Source: the human T2T-CHM13v2.0 reference genome, Homo sapiens. Taken from it: a stretch of DNA of 64,000 nt. This document shows positions 56,201-64,000 of this stretch, one piece after another. The translations under genes were made by a program, and so were the position numbers. Where the stretch lies: assembly GCF_009914755.1 (NCBI RefSeq), contig NC_060926.1. One strand, given 5' to 3'. The notes under the pieces were generated by a model. That model was given only the letters and a program-made list of their open reading frames with translations, was not told the DNA's origin and did no database searches. Each line of letters begins with the position of its first letter. Within the stretch, counting starts at the first letter, position 1.

Positions 56201-56959
56201 GTTTTCTCCCTATCTCTGGGATTAAGTCTGAGTTCTTAAGCTTTCTGATCCACAATTTTATCATCATCAAGTAAATGATGATGCCAATTACTTATGTTCA
56301 TTAATTCTATTCAGAATTACAGCTTCTTTTAGCCCTCAATTATTTATTGAGCACTTACTGTATGAAAGTCACTATGTCAGGCAAAAGACAGATGAGGGCC
56401 TTTTTGGAATTTATGTACTAGTGGGAGAATATACAACACATAACTAAATAGGTGAGATAAAGAGTGTGAGAACTCCTATAAAAGGAATAAACAGGGTCAC
56501 ATGATAGAGAAGGGAAGAGAATAGAGTGAAAAAAAGGTCTGAGGAGGTGACATTTAGCTAAGACCCCAAAATGACAAGAAATAAGCCTTGTGAAAATTTG
56601 AGGGAAGAGAATAAATACTAAGGAGGGAGAAGGCCCTCAAGAAATAAAGATCTTAGCTCTTGAAGAGCTAATTCAAAGGCCCTCAAGAAATAAAGATCTT
56701 AGCTCTTGAAGAAATGGAAGACAGTCCATAATCCTTGGTTCTTCCCTTTGCATCTAATCTATCAGTGTGGCTAAAGCATAACAAGAGATATCAAATCTTG
56801 TATGAGATCAGGTTGAAGAGGAAGAGAAATACAATCATGTGATACCTTTTGGGCCATGATAAGTAATTTGGCTTTTAATCTAAGTAACATTAAAAGAGAT
56901 TGAGCAGGGTTAAGGCATAATCAGATTTAAATTTAAAAAAAGTCTTCTATCTTAAAAGA

Positions 56960-57920
56960 GTAATTAGGAAAAATATGAAAATTTTCATAGCAATACATTT
57001 AGCAACTTAGATAAAATAAACTTTTAGAAAGACAGAAACTATCAAAGTTCACTCAAGAAGAAACAGATAACCTAAATAGCCCTAAATTGATTGGATTAAT
57101 TAGAATTTAAGTTAAAAATCTTCCCACAAAGAAAATCCAGGCCCACACAGCTTCACTGGTGAATTCTATCAAACATTTAAGGAAGAAAAATGCCCAGTGT
57201 ATAAAAACTCTTTCAGAAAATAGAAGAGAAATGTATTAGTCTGTTTTCATGCTGCTGATAAAGACATACCCGAAACTGGGCAACTCACACACAAAGAAGA
57301 GGTTTCATGGACTCACAGTTCCACATGGCTGAGGACACTTCACAATCATGGTGGAAGGCAAGGAGTAGCAAGTCACATCTTACATGGATGGCAGCAGGCA
57401 AAAAGAAAGGGAGTGTGTGCAGGGGAACTCCTCTTTATAAAACCATCAGATTTCATAAGACTTATTCACTATCACAAGAACAGCATGAGAAAGACCTGCT
57501 CCCGTGATTCAATTACCTCCCACTGAGCCCCTCCCACAACACGTGGAAATTGTGGGAGTTACAATTCAAGAAGAGATTTGGGTGGGGACACAGCCAAACC
57601 ATATCAAGAAAGAAATATATTCTAACTCATTCTATGAGGCCAGCATCACCCTCATACCAAAACCACATAAAGACATTGCAAAAAGAAAAAGAAAAAACTA
57701 CAGACCACTATACCTCGTGAACAAAGATGGAAAAATTCTAAACAAAATTTTAGCAAACTGAGTCCATCAAAATGTTAAAAGCATAATACATCATGACCAA
57801 GTGGGATTTATCACAGGAATGCTGGATTGGTTTAACATTCAAAAATTAACATCATCCACCACATTAACCAACCGTAAAAGAAAAACCATACGATCCTCAA
57901 CAGATGCAGAAAAAAATGGA
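56960..57920 (+). mobile_element. L1M ORF2 fragment split by THE1
   Basis: cttcactggtgaattctatcaaacatttaaggaaga; ORF 57504-57761 contains [18 protein letters not shown]. Confidence 0.88.
57232..57606 (-). mobile_element. THE1 (B/C-like) MaLR solo LTR
   Basis: tgtattagtctgttttcatgctgctgataaagacatacc..cagccaaaccatatca; AGAAA TSD. Confidence 0.93.
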
Positions 57921-59188
57921 AGTTTTATCCTGTCAGAAATATACTTAACATTGTAGCATGTATAACGTACCAAACTTGAAAGTTTAACTTCTTTAAAAGT
58001 AGCCATCACTTGCTATAGTTCTCTGTATCCAGTGGCACCAAGCAGCACTAGATTGGGTACATGGCACTCACATACAATAAATCCTTTCAAACTGAACGCA
58101 TAGCAAGTATCACAAAGGTCTAACTTATAACAGAGACAGAAGTGGAAAATGCAATGCAAAATGCTTAAATACCATTGCATACAGTACTTCATACTTCACC
58201 ATTTAAACCTCCTTGTTAAGAAACCACAAAGAAAATTAAAAGGCCTACACTTATGCAACTAAAAAAGACACACACACGGAGGGGTATGGGAGAGGTCCAG
58301 GTGTAAGGATGTTGGAAAACATTCCAATGCAGACATGCAAGTAAAATATTTAATCAAAAGTTTACATAAAAATGTGTTATAAACACACACTTGAACATGC
58401 TCATAACAGTCAAATCAGTCAAATACCCATGCAATGTATAACAGAAGTTGTAGTGATCATCTCTAGGCCCTGACTGCTAATAATCTCCAACTATACAATG
58501 CTGCAAGTATAGACTTATACCTTCCAGTTAATTTTGTAGGGAGAGGAACGAAAACTGCCACATATCAAGTTAATATGGCACAGTATCTATATAATAGGTT
58601 GCCATGTAGACAGACCTATTGGACTCATTCATGGAGCCTTATCTGCTATATCTCCAACCACTGTGCTCACAGCACTTGATACTTCACATGGTTCTGTTAT
58701 CTCCATATGACCTCCTAAGAATTATGATTCAGTGTACTCTATGGTGAGTTCTCAATCTGATTCCCTTTGTTCATCTCACTAGTTAAAGAAAGTCCAAGGA
58801 CAATGTTACTTTACAGAAATCCAAGATCTAAGGTTCATCAGAAAAAATGAAACTAAATTAAAAGTTCTTCAATCTGTGGATTCTGATCAAAAAAGGAACA
58901 CAGTAAAAATTCTTACAAATGCAAAAAAAAGAAAAGAAAAGAAAATGATATTGCATCCATTAAACATCAGACTACAAAAAAGAAAAGAAAACTCACAATT
59001 ATCATTACTAACTTAGAAGTGAAGAATTAATTTTGCTAGCTGCAAAAGCAATGTGATTTAAAATGAAATGTTATGTCAGTCTATCAGAGACGGACATAAC
59101 ATGGTGTCCATAGTGGCTTCACAATCCTTGAAATACTGTTATCCTGATTATTACCACAGTGTAAATAGATTAGCTCCCCCGAAACCTG

Positions 59189-59189
<1 letters not shown>

Positions 59190-59226
<37 letters not shown>
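59190..59226 (+). repeat. (CA)n microsatellite
   Basis: About 18 uninterrupted CA units. Confidence 0.97.
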
Positions 59227-59229
<3 letters not shown>

Positions 59230-60419
59230 ACAATTCTAAATCCCACAAACTAATGAGCAGGGCAAACATAAAAGAACACTAGGAAATGAAATATGATCTG
59301 AAAATGTCAAAGCACTATAAACAATGAGACTATCAAACTACAAATGTTTTATGCTTCCCTCCATTCTCAGTGTCTTCACTGAATACTCCCTTTATCTCCT
59401 CACCATATCTGAAATCTGGCTCTCCCCTGTAATGGGCTCTCTTCCTTTCAATCCTCTTCAGCAGAGGCCTCAGTCACTCTTCTCTAACACCACATATAAC
59501 TCAATGAGAGCAAAGACTTAATGCAACACAGTATTCCTAGCACCTGGGATAAAAGAGTGAGGGAATAAATACTATCTCCAGGTGGGGAAGTGGGTGGGTT
59601 GTCTGTCCCACTTACTATTTCACCTCACTATTACAACAACCTCTTCTTCTTTAAGACTCAAGCCATCTATTTCCATCTATCAACTTTTTAGTCACTCACA
59701 CTTTCTCTGAAAGCCTTGACCCTTAAATGACAGTTTCACTTGTCATGTCATGTCAGGACATTTCAAAATCCAGTTGGACTGACTGAGCCAAAAACTTTGT
59801 CCCATAATTCATTATTATGATGAAATCCAAAGAACTTCACCTACATTAAACTTAAGCAATTCATTCCCATGACTACACCCTGGATCAGATATGCGTATCA
59901 CAGTTCCCTGCAGGGCTTGTTAAAACACTGATTGCCCAACCCCCAGACTTTCTGGTTCAGAAGGTCAGGGATAGAGCCCAGGAACTGCATTTTTAAAGTT
60001 CTCAAGCAATACTTCTGATCCTGACACCAACTTTAAGAACCACAGGCCTAGTATCTTTTCATGAGCTGGAAATGATTAGCATTCAAAACATGGTCTCAAC
60101 TCTCAACAGAAAAAACAGTAGTCAGGAAGCAGGAGACTTCACTTCCCTCTGATACGCCTTTATACTTTTCCATTTTAGTAACCAATTTCACCTCCTTCTT
60201 TCTAGCCTTAGAAGGATATCCCTTCTCGAGTTTAAGATAATGTTTCTACTTATTTTCTCTATCCTATGCTATAAGCTATTCCAAATCTCTGCTCCATCAA
60301 ACAGCACTTGCCATGACTATAATTTCAAACTCTCCTTCACTACTGGAAAAGTACATGTATTTTTATGTTAATAGATGCTGAACGGACTGACTTCCACAAA
60401 GACTGTTACATCCTGGCAG

Positions 60420-62165
<1,746 letters not shown>

Positions 62166-62168
62166 TCA

Positions 62169-62489
<321 letters not shown>

Positions 62490-62589
62490 AATGTGGAATA
62501 AATATCACAGGAATATACCAGTGTTAAAAGTGGTTGCCTCTGAGAACATCTGTTGGAACTAGAAAAGCTGATTTTTTGGTTATTATTTA

Positions 62590-62975
62590 TTTTTTTTAAA
62601 GATATTGATATTTATGTTATATATTCATGGGGTACATGTGATATTTCGTTACCTGTATAGAACGTGTAATGATCATGTCAGGGTGTTTTAGTACATTCAC
62701 TTTGAGTATTCATCATTTCTATGTGTTGAGAAAAATCCAAGGCCTCTCTTCTAGCTACTTTATACCAATACAATACACTACTGTTAACTATAGTCAGTCT
62801 ACTCTGCCGACTATGCCAATTCTGTTGGTATAAATAAGTTCCAACAATAGAACTTACACCTTTCATCTAACTTGCATGTTTGTACCTGTTTACCTCTCTC
62901 TTCATCCCTCCTCCCAGCCCTGCACCCTTCCCAGCCTTTAGTATCTATCATTATACTCTGCCTTTACGAGATCAA
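62590..62975 (-). mobile_element. L1MA 3' end
   Basis: catggggtacatgtgatattt..cttctagcta..gttaactatagtca. Confidence 0.85.
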
Positions 62976-63129
62976 TTTTAGGAAAGTTGACTTTAAAGAT
63001 CATTTAAGCTTTTTTTTTCCTCCTAATGAAGCCAAAAAATATATTCTGCAGCCAAAAGAAAAGAAGCTAAAGAATATTCTGGAAAAGAATAAAAATGAAC
63101 AAGTTCCAAAAAATATGTAAAAGTATCAT

Positions 63130-63760
63130 AAAACTGCATTTATTAAAAAACATGAAGAACACATGAAGAGGCGAAAAACATGGAAAGAAACTCCTGGCCA
63201 CAGGATAATCTACTTTACAATACAGTTAGCATTGCAAGGCAGTAGGAGAAAGGCAGATGATACAATAAATGGTTGTGGACCATGTAATAAGCCATCCAAA
63301 GGAGAGGGAGAAGAAAAGTAGATCCCTTCCTCAGTGCCTGCCCTTAAAATCTAGATGCATCAACTTAAAGATCACAAATGAAATTGTAAAAATACTAGAA
63401 GACATGGCAGAATTGTTTTATAATCTTGGAGTAGGAAAGCCCTCTCTAAGAAACTCATAAAACCCTGAAGTCTTAAAGGAAGAGACTTAGCATTTTGGCC
63501 ACATAACAAAGATACTTTCTATACAACCAAATAAACATTGTAAATGATGTCAAAAGACAAACCAGGAAAGATTCTTGTCACGTATGACAGATATAACACA
63601 ATTTTACAGTTGTGTAAGAATCAACTGAAAATCAATAAGGAAAACATTGAAAACACAATTGAAAAATGGGCAAGGGTTTCGAACTGGCAATTCACAGAAT
63701 AAGAATAAACATGTATGTTCAAACTCACAATTTAAAATGCATTTTGAATACCTGCAATCG
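63130..63760 (+). mobile_element. Old L1M ORF2 fragment
   Basis: aaaatactagaaga..gaaaaatgggcaaggg..ggcaattcacagaa. Confidence 0.65.
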
Positions 63761-63844
63761 CTCAAGCATCTGTCCCTAATTCTATTGACAATGATCTAGC
63801 AAAAGTTACAAGTGACTCAGCTGCCAAATATCAGAATATTCTAA

Positions 63845-64000
63845 TTTTTAATTTTTATTTTTTTATTTTTTATTTTTTTAAATATTTTTTTGAGACGGAG
63901 TCTCGCTCTGCCCCCCAGGCTGGAGTACGGTGGTGTGATCTGGGGGCAATGCAACCTCTGCCTCCCAGGTTCAATCAATTCTCCTGCCTCAGCCTCCCGA
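63845..64000 (-). mobile_element. Alu, cut by the window end
   Basis: T-rich tail followed by gagacggagtctcgctctg. Confidence 0.92.

Noticed and set aside
56630-56712. 37-bp direct repeats as a CRISPR-like array
   Set aside because: Only two copies with a 9-bp spacer in a mammalian intron; explained by local duplication.

Overview
Primate (human-like) genomic DNA, AT-rich and dense in repeats, lying inside the lipid droplet-associated hydrolase gene LDAH (C2orf43) on the minus strand. Three internal coding exons are present with canonical AG/GT boundaries and matching phases: 53642-53499 (144 nt), 38223-38054 (170 nt, GHSIG nucleophile motif) and 3498-3264 (235 nt). The rest is intron, mostly Alu, L1, L2, MIR, MaLR/ERV LTRs and hAT elements, and nearly all other ORFs in the track are repeat-derived or chance. 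I found no new multi-gene system. The most notable unexplained features are: (1) a highly decayed processed calmodulin (CALM1-like) retrocopy just upstream of the 144-nt exon, split by a MIR and therefore very old; (2) a candidate alternative last exon inside an antisense MLT1A LTR; (3) two exons that begin with GTAA and could regenerate 5' splice sites; (4) a MER121-like ancient element; (5) a 137-bp HERV-K LTR5 stub; (6) a tiny young L1 insertion with a perfect target-site duplication (TSD); (7) several local tandem or dispersed duplications. Repeat subfamily names and comparisons to known genes come from recalled sequences, not from a search. Repeat boundaries without a stated TSD are approximate.
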